A stretch of 64,000 nt of DNA from positions 6,178 to 70,177 of the forward strand of contig JAHJQX010000014.1 in the NCBI GenBank assembly GCA_018818965.1, written 5' to 3'. Source of the stretch: Patescibacteria group bacterium. Its GTDB lineage: Bacteria; Patescibacteriota; JABMPQ01. The position numbers and the translations under genes were made by a program. The notes beneath the pieces were generated by a model that saw only the letters and a list, made by a program, of their open reading frames with translations, ran no database searches and was not told the origin of the DNA. Positions 48,811 to 58,447 of this stretch are shown piece by piece (position 1 is the stretch's first letter; each line of letters opens with the position of its first letter).

Positions 48811-50546
48811 AGTTTTACTTATTGCCAATCATAATTATAGCCGGCATTTTTTTGTGTCTGGCTCCGAGTGCACAAGCCGAAACCAATGCTCCGGGCACGG
48901 CTGGCTATGAACTCTATACGGAAAAGATTCAAAATTTTGATGTACATATCGCCGTTAATGAAGATTCTTCTATTAATGTTACGGAAAAAATTGTCTATGA
49001 TTTTGCTGAACTACAGCGGCATGGTATTTATCGCGATATTCCTTATAAATATAAAGCGCGTGGGGGACGGTTTTCGGTTAAATTAAGTGATTTTAAGGTG
49101 GTAGACGAAAAAGATGATGGTTATGCCTACACTGTTTCCAAGCAAGACGATAAAAAACGAATAAAAATTGGCGATGCCGATCGCTATGTGTCAGGGGTGC
49201 ATGCCTATCTTATTTCCTACAAAGTTCAACGAGCGCTTAATTATTTTGGCGAACATGATGAGCTCTATTGGAACGCAACTGGCTTGGAATGGCAAGTGCC
49301 GATTAATTGGTCAGGAGCAACGATAAAGTTACCCCAGGAGATTACCCCAGATAAATTACAGACAGCTTGTTATACTGGAGTTTATGGTAGTACAACCAGT
49401 GCGTGTCAGATAGAAGTAAAAGAGAATGGCGAAGTTACTTTTATTACTGATGGACAATTACGTGCCTATGAGGGTCTGACGATCGTAGTTGGTTGGCCTA
49501 AGGGGGTTGTTAGCCAGCCGGCGCTACTGCAGCGAACGATCTGGTTTCTACAAGATAATTATTATTTCTTTTTGCCGTTTATTGTCTTTGCCTTTTCTTT
49601 TGCTTACTGGTGGATACGCGGACGTGATCCCAAGATGCAGGGAGCAGTCGTGGCCGAATATGAAGCGCCAGATGGCTTATCGCCAGCGGAAATCGGTACA
49701 ATTGTTGATGGCAAAGTGGACAATAAAGATATTACAGCCGAGCTAATTGACTTAGCTATCAAAGGATATCTGAAGATCAAACAAACTGGCCTGGGTAAAA
49801 AAGATTATCGGTTGATTAAATTAAAAGAGCCTGACAGTTTGTCGAGTGACTATGATAAGAAATTAATGGAAGGCTTGTTTGGTAGTGGAAATGAAATAGA
49901 GATGAAGACGCTGGTAAACAGTTTTTACAAGGATATGAAGATAATTAGCAATCAGATTTATACGGCTGTTACTAGCCAGGGATATTATGCCAAAAATCCT
50001 GTCCGAGCTAAGTTTGGTTGTTTATTTATTGTGGGTATCATTGCCCTTTTTGGTTCGTTCTGGTTGGGTGGCATCATGACTAATTTCTTTTTTGGGGCTT
50101 CAGTCTTTATCTCTGGTCTGATTATGATGATTTTTTCAATGTTTATGCCCAAGCGTACTTCTAAGGGGACAGAAACGCTACGTCGGATTCTGGGATTTAA
50201 GGAATTTTTGAATGTAACTGAAAAAGAGCGACTGAAATTCCACAATCCGCCCAAGATGGTGCCCAAGATGTTTGAAAAATTATTACCCTACGCGATGGCC
50301 TTGGGCGTAGAAGGAAAATGGGCGAAGAACTTCGAGAATATTTATAAACAACAACCGGATTGGTACGAAGGTTATCAGGGAGGAAGTTTCAATTCAATTT
50401 ATTTGACCAGCGCGCTGTCGACTTTTTCCACTAACTCAGCCAGCGTCATGGTTTCTCAGCCTTCGAGTAGTGCGTCTGGTGGTTCCGGATTTTCCGGTGG
50501 CGGCTCGGGCGGAGGAGGCGGTGGCGGAGGAGGCGGGAGCTGGTAG
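48807..50546 (+). CDS. DUF2207-family membrane protein with Gly-rich C-terminal tail
   Basis: Signal peptide, large extracytoplasmic domain, TM pair, terminal GGSGFSGGGSGGGGGGGGGGSW tail typical of DUF2207. Confidence 0.55.
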   Translation: MKFYLLPIIIIAGIFLCLAPSAQAETNAPGTAGYELYTEKIQNFDVHIAVNEDSSINVTEKIVYDFAELQRHGIYRDIPYKYKARGGRFSVKLSDFKVVDEKDDGYAYTVSKQDDKKRIKIGDADRYVSGVHAYLISYKVQRALNYFGEHDELYWNATGLEWQVPINWSGATIKLPQEITPDKLQTACYTGVYGSTTSACQIEVKENGEVTFITDGQLRAYEGLTIVVGWPKGVVSQPALLQRTIWFLQDNYYFFLPFIVFAFSFAYWWIRGRDPKMQGAVVAEYEAPDGLSPAEIGTIVDGKVDNKDITAELIDLAIKGYLKIKQTGLGKKDYRLIKLKEPDSLSSDYDKKLMEGLFGSGNEIEMKTLVNSFYKDMKIISNQIYTAVTSQGYYAKNPVRAKFGCLFIVGIIALFGSFWLGGIMTNFFFGASVFISGLIMMIFSMFMPKRTSKGTETLRRILGFKEFLNVTEKERLKFHNPPKMVPKMFEKLLPYAMALGVEGKWAKNFENIYKQQPDWYEGYQGGSFNSIYLTSALSTFSTNSASVMVSQPSSSASGGSGFSGGGSGGGGGGGGGGSW

Positions 50547-50697
50547 AGATTGCTCTGATTAAAAACAGCAGAACGAAACTCTACTATTTTTAATAAACAA
50601 TTATAACTTTACCTTATGCCTGGGCCTTCACTCCCCTTATCATCGAATAATCTATGTTCTATATCATAACTGACAAGAAGTAATAATATTATTTCGA

Positions 50698-52557
50698 ATG
50701 TCTATGTTGAGTACCAGCCGATATTTATTGCGTAGATTGCTTGTGGTAGCAATATTTTTCTCAGGCTGTTTTTTGATAAGCAACCAAGTCCAGGCCGTCT
50801 CCCTCATCACTGGCGCTGGTTCGGGTGGTGGTCCCCACGTGCGTAGTTTTACTACTAGCGGGACAGTGGAGACCAACCCTAACAAACTAATGGCCTACGG
50901 CACTGATTATCGTGGAGGCGTTAGAGTAGCTACTGGTGACATCGATAATGATAATATCGATGAGATAATCACCGGTACTGGTGAAAATGGTGGTCCTCAC
51001 CTGCGAGTATTCGAAAAAGACGGTACCCAGCGAGGGATAGACTTCTTCCCCTTTGATTCTAGCTTTAGAGGCGGTATGGATGTCGCCTCCGGTGACTTTG
51101 ACGGCGATGGCAAAGAAGACATCGCTGTCTCTCAGTTCTCCAACGGTCAAGCCTGGGTTAAGGTTTATCGCTACAATACAACCAAAGACGTCCTCTTTGA
51201 ACAGAACGTCTTCGGTACCCCTGAATGTGGCGCTACCGTAGCGATGGGTCAACTAGACTCTGATGCTAACAAGGAGCTGATTGTCGGAGCAGGCAATGGC
51301 TGTTCGTCTCAGATAGTAGCCTATGACTATCAAGCCAATGACACTGCTGGTACTAAAAAATCTATCTCCTTCTATGCTTATGACACCGCTATCAAAGCAG
51401 GCGTTGATGTTTCCGCTGGTGATGTTGATGGTGACGGCAAGGATGAGATAGCCGCCTCCCGCCTCAAAGATTCTCTTCCCTATATCTACGTTTTTCGTTA
51501 CAACACTGATCATACCCAACTAGCCAGCTTCAAAGCTTACGGTGACTTCCAAATAGGCGCCAATGTCGAGATGGCCGATATTGACTCTGATGGACTAGCG
51601 GAAGTTGTCACTGGGGCTGGACCAGGAGGAGGACCGCAACTGCGAGCCTTTGAATACGATGGTACGGCCATTAGCGCTCTCAACAAAGCTTTTGCTTACG
51701 ATTCAGGCTTTAGAGGTGGAGTGGATGTGGCTGCTTACAATCCTAACGGCAGTCGACGAGATTTGAGCGACCTAGCTACCTATGCTAATGCCTACAAGGA
51801 ATATACCAATGAAGACTTAGAAAATCTTAAACGTTTTGATATCGTGGCCATCGATCCTTACGATGTACCTGATGCTAGTTTCGTCACAGAACTGAAAGCA
51901 GCCGGCGTGATTGTTTTGGCATATATTGATATTGGTGAAGCGGAGATTTATCGCAGTTATTGGGATAGTCTCGATCAGTCATTAGTTTTGCAGGCTAATC
52001 CCGATTGGGAAGGCTGTTATTACGCTGATGTTAACAATCCCGCCTGGCATAATGTTTTGCTCAATACCGAAATTCCCTATTTATTTGAGTGGGGTGACTA
52101 CGATGGTCTAATGATGGATATGTTAGACACAGTTGATGTTCTGCCAGAACTCAAGCCGGGGATGATCGAGCTCGTACGGAAAATTCATGAGAGATATCCG
52201 GATTTGTTGCTGGTTCCTAACCGAGGCTTTTCTGTTTTACCGGAAATTTCTTCGCACATTGACGCGGTCAAATATGAAGGAATGTGCGCAACTTATGATT
52301 TTGACACCCAATCTTACTATTACGAAGATGATGATAATGAGATGGCGATTTTAACATCAGTTTTAGAGGATCACAATGTGCCAGTGTTGGCCTTAGATCA
52401 TGTAGATACTTCTACGGCAGCAGGCGAGGTAATGGCACGGGCATGCTACGATAAAGCTCGACAGAGGGAGCAAGAAACTGGTTTTAACTTTATCTGGTAT
52501 GCTAATGCCGTTACCCAAGATTTGCCAGTATGGGATTGGTTACCGTTTAGTGAATAG
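50698..52557 (+). CDS. Secreted FG-GAP/VCBS-repeat protein fused to a putative GH114-like (endo-alpha-1,4-polygalactosaminidase/PelA-like) TIM-barrel domain
   Basis: Signal peptide; five D-x-D-x-D-G repeats (TGDIDNDNIDEI, SGDFDGDGKEDI, AGDVDGDGKDEI, MADIDSDGLAEV); C-terminal FDIVAIDPYDV...AYIDIGEAE...YADVNNPAW resembles GH114. Confidence 0.5.
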   Translation: MSMLSTSRYLLRRLLVVAIFFSGCFLISNQVQAVSLITGAGSGGGPHVRSFTTSGTVETNPNKLMAYGTDYRGGVRVATGDIDNDNIDEIITGTGENGGPHLRVFEKDGTQRGIDFFPFDSSFRGGMDVASGDFDGDGKEDIAVSQFSNGQAWVKVYRYNTTKDVLFEQNVFGTPECGATVAMGQLDSDANKELIVGAGNGCSSQIVAYDYQANDTAGTKKSISFYAYDTAIKAGVDVSAGDVDGDGKDEIAASRLKDSLPYIYVFRYNTDHTQLASFKAYGDFQIGANVEMADIDSDGLAEVVTGAGPGGGPQLRAFEYDGTAISALNKAFAYDSGFRGGVDVAAYNPNGSRRDLSDLATYANAYKEYTNEDLENLKRFDIVAIDPYDVPDASFVTELKAAGVIVLAYIDIGEAEIYRSYWDSLDQSLVLQANPDWEGCYYADVNNPAWHNVLLNTEIPYLFEWGDYDGLMMDMLDTVDVLPELKPGMIELVRKIHERYPDLLLVPNRGFSVLPEISSHIDAVKYEGMCATYDFDTQSYYYEDDDNEMAILTSVLEDHNVPVLALDHVDTSTAAGEVMARACYDKARQREQETGFNFIWYANAVTQDLPVWDWLPFSE

Positions 52558-52596
52558 ATATGGTGTTTTTTATAAGTAGGGCAGTTTTCTCGACGA

Positions 52597-53706
52597 TTAA
52601 TCTCGCAGATTCTGCTCAAAAAATGGCACCACTTTGCCCAAAACATGCTCGCCAAATTCAAATCCGTCGCCATGGCCAGCCCCCGGTATTTTCGTAAATT
52701 CCGCCTTCACTCCGGCTGTATTAAGAGCTTGGTATAAAATATCACTTTGGCTAATTGGTACTATGCTATCCTGGTCGCCGTGCATTATTAAGAAAGGAGG
52801 ATCATTGTTGTCGACATATTTAATAGGATTCGCTTTTTGCATTAAATCAGCAGCATCTGTTTCACCGACTAGCGCTTCCACAGAGTTCGCATAGTTTTCA
52901 TACTGGGAGTAGTCTACCTGGGAAAAATCGGTTGGCCCGTACCAGTCGCAAACAGCTTGCACCTGGCTGGAATAATTAAGATTATCACCTTGTTCAAACT
53001 CCGCCACTCCGCCGGAAGTGCCCAAGAGAGCGGCCAAATGTCCTCCCGCCGAATCTCCCCAAGCCCCAAAATTATTTTTATCCAAGCCATACTTATCGGC
53101 ATAAACCCTCAACCAACGCACAGCTGCCTTAACATCTTGAATCTGAGCGGGAAATGTTGCTTCATCGCTCAATCGGTAATTAATAGAGGCCACCGCGAAT
53201 CCATAAGAGGCTATTTCTTTACCCTGCCCATTTGCCTTATCACCCGCTTGCCAGCCACCACCGTGAATCCAGATAACTAGAGGTAGTTTCTGAGAAATAT
53301 CAACTGGTCGGTATAGATCCAAATATATTTTTTTACCATTCACGGTAGTGTAATACAGATCTAAATTCTTTCTTACCTCACCCTCCAGAATTCCTTGATC
53401 AAGATTGGAAGTATCCACAGCGGTAGTATCTTGCGTGGAAGTGTTGTTGGTATTTGAAGAGTTTGTATCGGAATAACTCGTAGTGTTAGTGGAGGTATCA
53501 GTGGCAATATTAGAATCGCTGGTGTTTAATATAGCAGACTGATCAGCCTGCTTGTTGTTTTGCTCCGCCGGTTGGTCGGTAGTTGTCGCCTGCGTAGATT
53601 TTTGATCTTGATTATTGTTTTGCCAAAAGAAATAGACACCAGCCCCAGCTCCCAGCAGTGCTACTGGGATAATAATTAATATAGTGGCGATATATTTTTT
53701 AGTCAT
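52597..53706 (-). CDS. Alpha/beta-hydrolase-fold esterase/lipase (fold-3, Aes/BD-FAE-like) with N-terminal TM anchor and Ser/Thr/Asn-rich linker
   Basis: HGGGW oxyanion motif and GDSAGG nucleophile elbow; catalytic D/H downstream. Confidence 0.75.
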   Translation of the reverse strand: MTKKYIATILIIIPVALLGAGAGVYFFWQNNNQDQKSTQATTTDQPAEQNNKQADQSAILNTSDSNIATDTSTNTTSYSDTNSSNTNNTSTQDTTAVDTSNLDQGILEGEVRKNLDLYYTTVNGKKIYLDLYRPVDISQKLPLVIWIHGGGWQAGDKANGQGKEIASYGFAVASINYRLSDEATFPAQIQDVKAAVRWLRVYADKYGLDKNNFGAWGDSAGGHLAALLGTSGGVAEFEQGDNLNYSSQVQAVCDWYGPTDFSQVDYSQYENYANSVEALVGETDAADLMQKANPIKYVDNNDPPFLIMHGDQDSIVPISQSDILYQALNTAGVKAEFTKIPGAGHGDGFEFGEHVLGKVVPFFEQNLRD

Positions 53707-53708
53707 TT

Positions 53709-54395
53709 CTAGACCTTTAATTTGAAAGGATTAAATTTTGTTTTGTGGTCGTAAAAATCCTCTTCTTCTTTGTGTTTAAGTAGAGCTATAATTTTATAAG
53801 TGAGTGGTGTAAACAATATTTCCATTCCCACCTTGAAGATGTAGTTGGAAATGATAATGGTCAATAGTAAGCTACTGGGCAACACTCCCCAGAAAGCGAT
53901 CAGGACAAAAATGACGGTATCAAGACTTTGACCAACGAGAGTAGAACTGATAGTTCGTACCCAGAGCCGCTTACCCTGCATTTTTACCTTTAGCTTAGCC
54001 AAAATGACGGCGTTAGAAAATTCACCTGCCAAATAGGCAATCAGGCTAGCAATGACTATTCTGACGCTAAGGCCGAGGATATTGTTGTAGGCTTCTTGGA
54101 AAGGCCAATCAGCGGCAGCTGGGAGTTTACCGACAATAATGAAAACGAGTGACATAACTAGGGCGGATATAAAACCCAGCCAGATTACTTTCCGCGAGCG
54201 ACGGAAACCATAGACCTCAGTTAAAATATCACCAAAAATGTAGGCAAGCGGAAAGAGCAAAGTACCAGCGTCAAAAGTGAAGAGCTTGAGATCAACAATT
54301 TTAGTGGAAGCGATATTGGAAATTAACAAAACCGCGACAAAAAAAGCGGTGATGGTATCGAGGTGGTGGTAAGATTTTTGGGTGTTTTCTCTCAT
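53709..54395 (-). CDS. Queuosine-precursor transporter, YhhQ/DUF165 (VUT) family
   Basis: 6-TM protein with conserved N-terminal pattern ...ISNIASTKIV...FPLAYIFGDILTEVYGF. Confidence 0.7.
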   Translation of the reverse strand: MRENTQKSYHHLDTITAFFVAVLLISNIASTKIVDLKLFTFDAGTLLFPLAYIFGDILTEVYGFRRSRKVIWLGFISALVMSLVFIIVGKLPAAADWPFQEAYNNILGLSVRIVIASLIAYLAGEFSNAVILAKLKVKMQGKRLWVRTISSTLVGQSLDTVIFVLIAFWGVLPSSLLLTIIISNYIFKVGMEILFTPLTYKIIALLKHKEEEDFYDHKTKFNPFKLKV

Positions 54396-54559
54396 AGCTA
54401 ATGTTGTTACGGGATAATGATATTTTATCTAACTTTTTAAAACAAGGGGATACAAGAAAAAATTATAAATCCGAGTGGGGCAGTGAGGACAGTTGAGGTT
54501 GACTTTGTGTCTATTTTTGGTACCTTAGGGAATATGTTTTCGACAACCTGCACTTTAAC

Positions 54560-54570
54560 CATTTAGCCAA
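54560..54570. repeat. Direct repeat CATTTAGCCAA (left copy) flanking GC-rich islet 5
   Basis: Exact 11-mer also at 55589-55599. Confidence 0.55.
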
Positions 54571-54655
54571 CCCGAGGGGGTTGAAAGGAGGAAAATTTAC
54601 CGAAGAGTGTTGTAAAGGGACAGATCGACAATGAGGAAGAGACAAGGAGACGAGG

Positions 54656-55453
54656 ATGAAGAGGGACGAGCGATTCAAGGCCCGGACAGATGCCGGAGTC
54701 ATCACGTTCTACGAAGACTTGAGGATGCTGGGAGCACTGCTCATCTATGGCGGACTCGACCGCGGGTTCGTGCTCAAGGTGGTTATGTTCCTGCTCACCG
54801 AGTTTCGCATCACCTTCGGCGAGCTGGCAGAGGTGTCAGAGGAGTTCCGGATCGGCGAGGACGAGGAACCGGAGTCTGCCAGGGAGACCGCCGAGGTCAG
54901 GACGGTGCACATGGGTGACACCGCGCCCTACCCGCCCGCCGGCGTCGAAGCTGCTGCTGAGGGTGATGCGGACGGTGGGCCGATCGCGAAGGTTCCCACC
55001 CAGCCGCTTCCCGACGAGCTGGACGGCGCCGGTGAGCAGGACACGCCCCCGGCCGGCATGAAACAGTGCGTGCACTGCCACGAGTACAAGATCCCGGCCG
55101 ACAAGTCGACCGTCGTCTGCTCGGGCTGCGAGGAGAAGCTGAAGGCGGAGTTCGACGGTGACGACGACGAGGACGAGGACAACGAGCCTGAAGTCGGAGA
55201 CGCCCCCCCGGAGGCCATCGTGACGTCCCCGCCCCCCGCCGAGGCCGCGACCGAGCTGGGCGCCGAGGATGATGACGACGACGAGGAGGGCTCTCCCGTC
55301 GCTACCCCGCCCGCCGAGCTCGAGCCCGCCGTGACCGACGAGGACGCCGGCCTGGAGCCCCCCGAGGAGATCGTGGTCGCGGACGCCGACGAGCCCGAGG
55401 GCACCTACGACCCGGTTGCCCAGAAGGGTCCCGGTGGCGGAACCGGCTGCTAG
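54656..55453 (+). CDS. Highly acidic protein with N-terminal ~70-aa domain and central CxxC...CxxC zinc-ribbon (GC-rich islet 5)
   Basis: AGGAG SD 6 nt upstream; CVHC...CSGC; long D/E/P/A low-complexity tracts; own terminator at 55515-55549. Confidence 0.5.
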   Translation: MKRDERFKARTDAGVITFYEDLRMLGALLIYGGLDRGFVLKVVMFLLTEFRITFGELAEVSEEFRIGEDEEPESARETAEVRTVHMGDTAPYPPAGVEAAAEGDADGGPIAKVPTQPLPDELDGAGEQDTPPAGMKQCVHCHEYKIPADKSTVVCSGCEEKLKAEFDGDDDEDEDNEPEVGDAPPEAIVTSPPPAEAATELGAEDDDDDEEGSPVATPPAELEPAVTDEDAGLEPPEEIVVADADEPEGTYDPVAQKGPGGGTGC

Positions 55454-55514
55454 CAGTCGCAACCTACCCCCCGAGCCATTTCTGGCTCACCGAACATCCC
55501 CAGGAGTGAACCAT

Positions 55515-55549
55515 CCCTGAATCCCACCGATTCTCAGGGATTTTTTTTT
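55515..55549 (+). terminator. Intrinsic terminator (CCCTGA-13nt-TCAGGG + T9)
   Basis: 6-bp stem followed by nine T residues, about 60 nt after the stop of 54656..55453. Confidence 0.65.
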
Positions 55550-55588
55550 GCTGCGCTTTCTTTCTCCATTACTAGCGAGCAGATGAAA

Positions 55589-55599
55589 CATTTAGCCAA
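55589..55599. repeat. Direct repeat CATTTAGCCAA (right copy) flanking GC-rich islet 5
   Basis: Exact 11-mer match to 54560-54570. Confidence 0.55.
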
Positions 55600-55692
55600 T
55601 AAAGAAATCCAGTTGCCACTAATAATTGGATCTTGAATGATGAACCAGAAACTGCTATTTTTAAGGTATTCACTAGGCTATAGGAGATAACG

Positions 55693-55911
55693 ATGACTGG
55701 TCCGAACGGACCTGGGCCTCTACCCTCCAACTCTGGTAGGGAGCCGTCTGAGGGCAGAGAGACGATTGTGGAGTACACTCCTCTGACCCCAACCGGTCTC
55801 CCCCCCAGATGTGAAGGGGTGGACTGCGAGGCGTTCAGCATTCCCTGCCGTACCTCCCCTCCTCGAGAACCGACTTCTCCTCCCACGACCAAAAAAATCG
55901 ACCCAAAGTAG
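55693..55911 (+). CDS. Pro-rich small protein, 72 aa (GC-rich, just outside right repeat of islet 5)
   Basis: TAGGAGA SD 5 nt before ATG; competing antisense ORF 55572..55961 lacks an SD; coding status uncertain. Confidence 0.3.
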   Translation: MTGPNGPGPLPSNSGREPSEGRETIVEYTPLTPTGLPPRCEGVDCEAFSIPCRTSPPREPTSPPTTKKIDPK

Positions 55912-55989
55912 GTCGAAAATGAGAATCCCTGCCCCTTTTTGCCCTTCGCCATGGCCAGCAACTACTGCTCGGCCACTTTTTTACCATCT

Positions 55990-57261
55990 TTACCAGCGAT
56001 AATTTCTAAGCCCCCAATTAAGCAGTGATTCGACTTCAAATTTAGTGTCGGCATAAGAGGGATTACCCATTGTTACCGCGATTACCTCGTTGCCGTAGCG
56101 ATCTTTGGCTTTGGTCATTAAATTATAGTGGATTCCACCCCAGGAAGGTGGTAGATAACCAGTTTTCCCGCCGGTAACGGTGAGTTGGCTATTAACCAAA
56201 CCATTAGTATTACGAAAACTGAGAAATTTACTGCTGTTAGTAGTCCAGAAAGAGTAACTTTTACTAGTGGAGGCTTGTAGCACCTCCATTTTGTGCAGAG
56301 CGTATTGACTGAGTTTGGCATAATCAGTTGCGGAAGCACGATTGCGGTGATCAAGGCCAGTCGGTTCAACAAACGAAGCGTTACTCATTCCTAATTCGAC
56401 TGCTTTTTGGTTCATGCGGTTGACGAAATCAGTGTCGGAAAGACCAGTGGAATGAGCGAGAGCTTTGGTGGCGTTGTTTTTCGAGCCAACTAGGGAGGAA
56501 TAAAATAAGTCACGTACTTTTGTTCTATCTCCTGGTACGACGTTAAGGTGGCAACCGTCAGCGGAGTCAGCTGCACTGATTGTTACTTCGCGATTAAAAT
56601 CAGGATTGGTTTCCAGAAAGATCACGGCGGTCATTAATTTAGTCAGGCTAGCTAGAGGGAGTTGCTCGTTGGAATTTTTCTCGAACAGCACTTGCCCGCT
56701 TTCATCGTCAATCACAATCGCCGCGCGTGCGTCGGTGGCGATGCCCCAGCTATCAGTAGCTTTGGTTGGACCCGGAGCTTGCTTTTCCTCTAAAACCGCT
56801 AGATAAGAATGGGGAAAGTGAATAGCGGCACGCGCGTACTTATTAGTCCCGTCTAAACTAGTCGGGATTGGTTTCCAACCACCAGTGGTGTGATCATAAA
56901 AATTAATCTGCTTGTGATTGAGCGAGCTCGATTCGTATTTGAGAGCAACCCAGATCGGTTTTTCCAGCACCCGCGGCTGCGACATCTCGATGTTGTACGA
57001 ATAGATCTCACTGATTATGTTTTTATCAGTTGGCAGAGTAGGGTAGTCAGTCAGATCTTCAAGCTTGATAGTCGAAGCTTCGGAAAAAACATTAGGGCCG
57101 ATACCGATCCGGAAGTTTTGGTCAGTTAGTTCGATCGTGTAACCTCTCACAATGGTAGCAGCATCGAGATGGGTGCGTTCAACTTGGGCAAAAACTACGC
57201 CAGGTAGAAAAAGAGATATCCCGGCGGCGGTTAGCAATATTTTCTTCAGTGTTTTCATCAT
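55990..57261 (-). CDS. D-alanyl-D-alanine carboxypeptidase (peptidase S11, PBP5/6-like) with extra N-terminal domain
   Basis: Signal peptide; SxxK (ASLTK), SxN (SKN) and KTG (GGKTGY) motifs. Confidence 0.75.
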   Translation of the reverse strand: MMKTLKKILLTAAGISLFLPGVVFAQVERTHLDAATIVRGYTIELTDQNFRIGIGPNVFSEASTIKLEDLTDYPTLPTDKNIISEIYSYNIEMSQPRVLEKPIWVALKYESSSLNHKQINFYDHTTGGWKPIPTSLDGTNKYARAAIHFPHSYLAVLEEKQAPGPTKATDSWGIATDARAAIVIDDESGQVLFEKNSNEQLPLASLTKLMTAVIFLETNPDFNREVTISAADSADGCHLNVVPGDRTKVRDLFYSSLVGSKNNATKALAHSTGLSDTDFVNRMNQKAVELGMSNASFVEPTGLDHRNRASATDYAKLSQYALHKMEVLQASTSKSYSFWTTNSSKFLSFRNTNGLVNSQLTVTGGKTGYLPPSWGGIHYNLMTKAKDRYGNEVIAVTMGNPSYADTKFEVESLLNWGLRNYRW

Positions 57262-57956
57262 TTAAGATTATAGGTGGCTAATATTTTGGTTTTATCCGGA
57301 TGGCAAACAGCGTTGGTAGTGATTAGGTTAATTTTTCTAACTTCTAATTCTCCCCAGTCAGCCGTTTTTAATTCAGCAATGTTGGTCTTAAAATTGTCGT
57401 TAGGTTCGGTAGTGTAGCGACAGACAGTTAAATTACCAAAGACAATATCAGGTGAAATATACTGTTTATTATCCGGGACGCCTGCCTCGGCCAACCTTTT
57501 CCTGAGTTCTAGCGCCAAATTTCCCAATATTTTATCGGAATAGGCGCGGATAGCTATACTAGTAGGCATCTCCAAGAGACCTCTTAGCTCAAAAGTGAAA
57601 GGACGGAATTCAACTACTACCTGCTGAAAAACCTTTTTAACTTTTACAATGTCTCCGGCGGTAAATCGGGGCGGAAAGTTAGCTGGGACTGTCCTAATAC
57701 TCTGGATGGTGATATGCAATGAAGCCGGCGGGTAATAATATTGTCGGCTATCAGCTTGTTTTAGTGGAGCGATAATTTTGTCAGTAACAATTTTTTGCAA
57801 TTCTGGCGGGAGGAAAACTACGCTGGTGAGACAAAGCCGTTGGTCAGTAGCATAATTGTCCATCGTTTCGACTAGAGTAACGGTAGTTTTACCAGCTCGC
57901 ACTTCTTTTTCCAGTTGCTCAAAGACTTGATGCTGTTGTTTTTGGTAGTTGTTCAT
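57258..57956 (-). CDS. Hypothetical protein
   Basis: No confident family; single HITI (H-x-T) motif only, so 2H-phosphoesterase assignment not supported. Confidence 0.35.
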   Translation of the reverse strand: MNNYQKQQHQVFEQLEKEVRAGKTTVTLVETMDNYATDQRLCLTSVVFLPPELQKIVTDKIIAPLKQADSRQYYYPPASLHITIQSIRTVPANFPPRFTAGDIVKVKKVFQQVVVEFRPFTFELRGLLEMPTSIAIRAYSDKILGNLALELRKRLAEAGVPDNKQYISPDIVFGNLTVCRYTTEPNDNFKTNIAELKTADWGELEVRKINLITTNAVCHPDKTKILATYNLK

Positions 57957-57994
57957 AATAAAGCCATCTTAGCATAAAATCAGGCTTCTAATAA

Positions 57995-58025
57995 TAAAAA
58001 AAGATCGTCTGGGATGCAACGATCT
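57995..58025 (-). terminator. Intrinsic terminator for the EamA-like gene (AGATCGT-10nt-ACGATCT, T7 on minus strand)
   Basis: Perfect 7-bp stem; A7 on plus strand precedes it (T7 following on minus). Confidence 0.6.
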
Positions 58026-58033
58026 TGAAGTTA

Positions 58034-58447
58034 CTACTTGAGGAGAAAAACGGCGATGGCCATGAGGATAAATCCAATGACCTTTTTGTCCGTGAAGAGC
58101 TCTCCAAGAAGGAGCCAGGAAAAAACGGCAGTGAGGGCGAAGGTTGCGCCGAATATCACGGGAGTAATCCGGGATATGTCCATTTTTCCGCCCACCAGGA
58201 CGCCGTAAACGATGATACCCATCCCGTTGATGATTCCCGCTCCCAATCCGATCAGCAATGATCTTATGGGTGGAAGACTGGTCATCCCCCCCGTTGTCAC
58301 TCCCCATAAAACAGTTGTGGGCAGAGTGCCGGTGGCCAGCATGATTGATATCCAGGCTGGCGGTAATTTCGAATACCGCGAGATGATTGGGTGGAATGTG
58401 TAGAAAAGAGCTCCCAGCAAACAATAGCAAAGTCCAGCTGTGTCCAT
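58034..58447 (-). CDS. 4-TM EamA/DMT-like small transporter (GC-rich islet 6); start likely ATG at 58447, not the TTG at 58465
   Basis: Four TM helices, Gly-rich; high-GC codon usage; own terminator. Confidence 0.45.
   Translation of the reverse strand: MDTAGLCYCLLGALFYTFHPIISRYSKLPPAWISIMLATGTLPTTVLWGVTTGGMTSLPPIRSLLIGLGAGIINGMGIIVYGVLVGGKMDISRITPVIFGATFALTAVFSWLLLGELFTDKKVIGFILMAIAVFLLK

Noticed and set aside
54396-54655. Possible preQ1 riboswitch in the 5' leader of the yhhQ-type queuosine-precursor transporter (minus strand)
   Set aside because: The reverse-complement leader was read and compared with the preQ1-I architecture (short P1 hairpin followed by the A-rich tail ...CUAAAAAACUA); no convincing hairpin-plus-A-tract match found. 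A covariance-model scan would be needed to settle it.
55572-55961. 129-aa minus-strand ORF overlapping the 72-aa Pro-rich plus-strand ORF
   Set aside because: No SD before its ATG and Gly/Ser/Val low-complexity translation. The plus-strand 72-aa ORF has a well-spaced TAGGAGA SD, but both calls remain weak.
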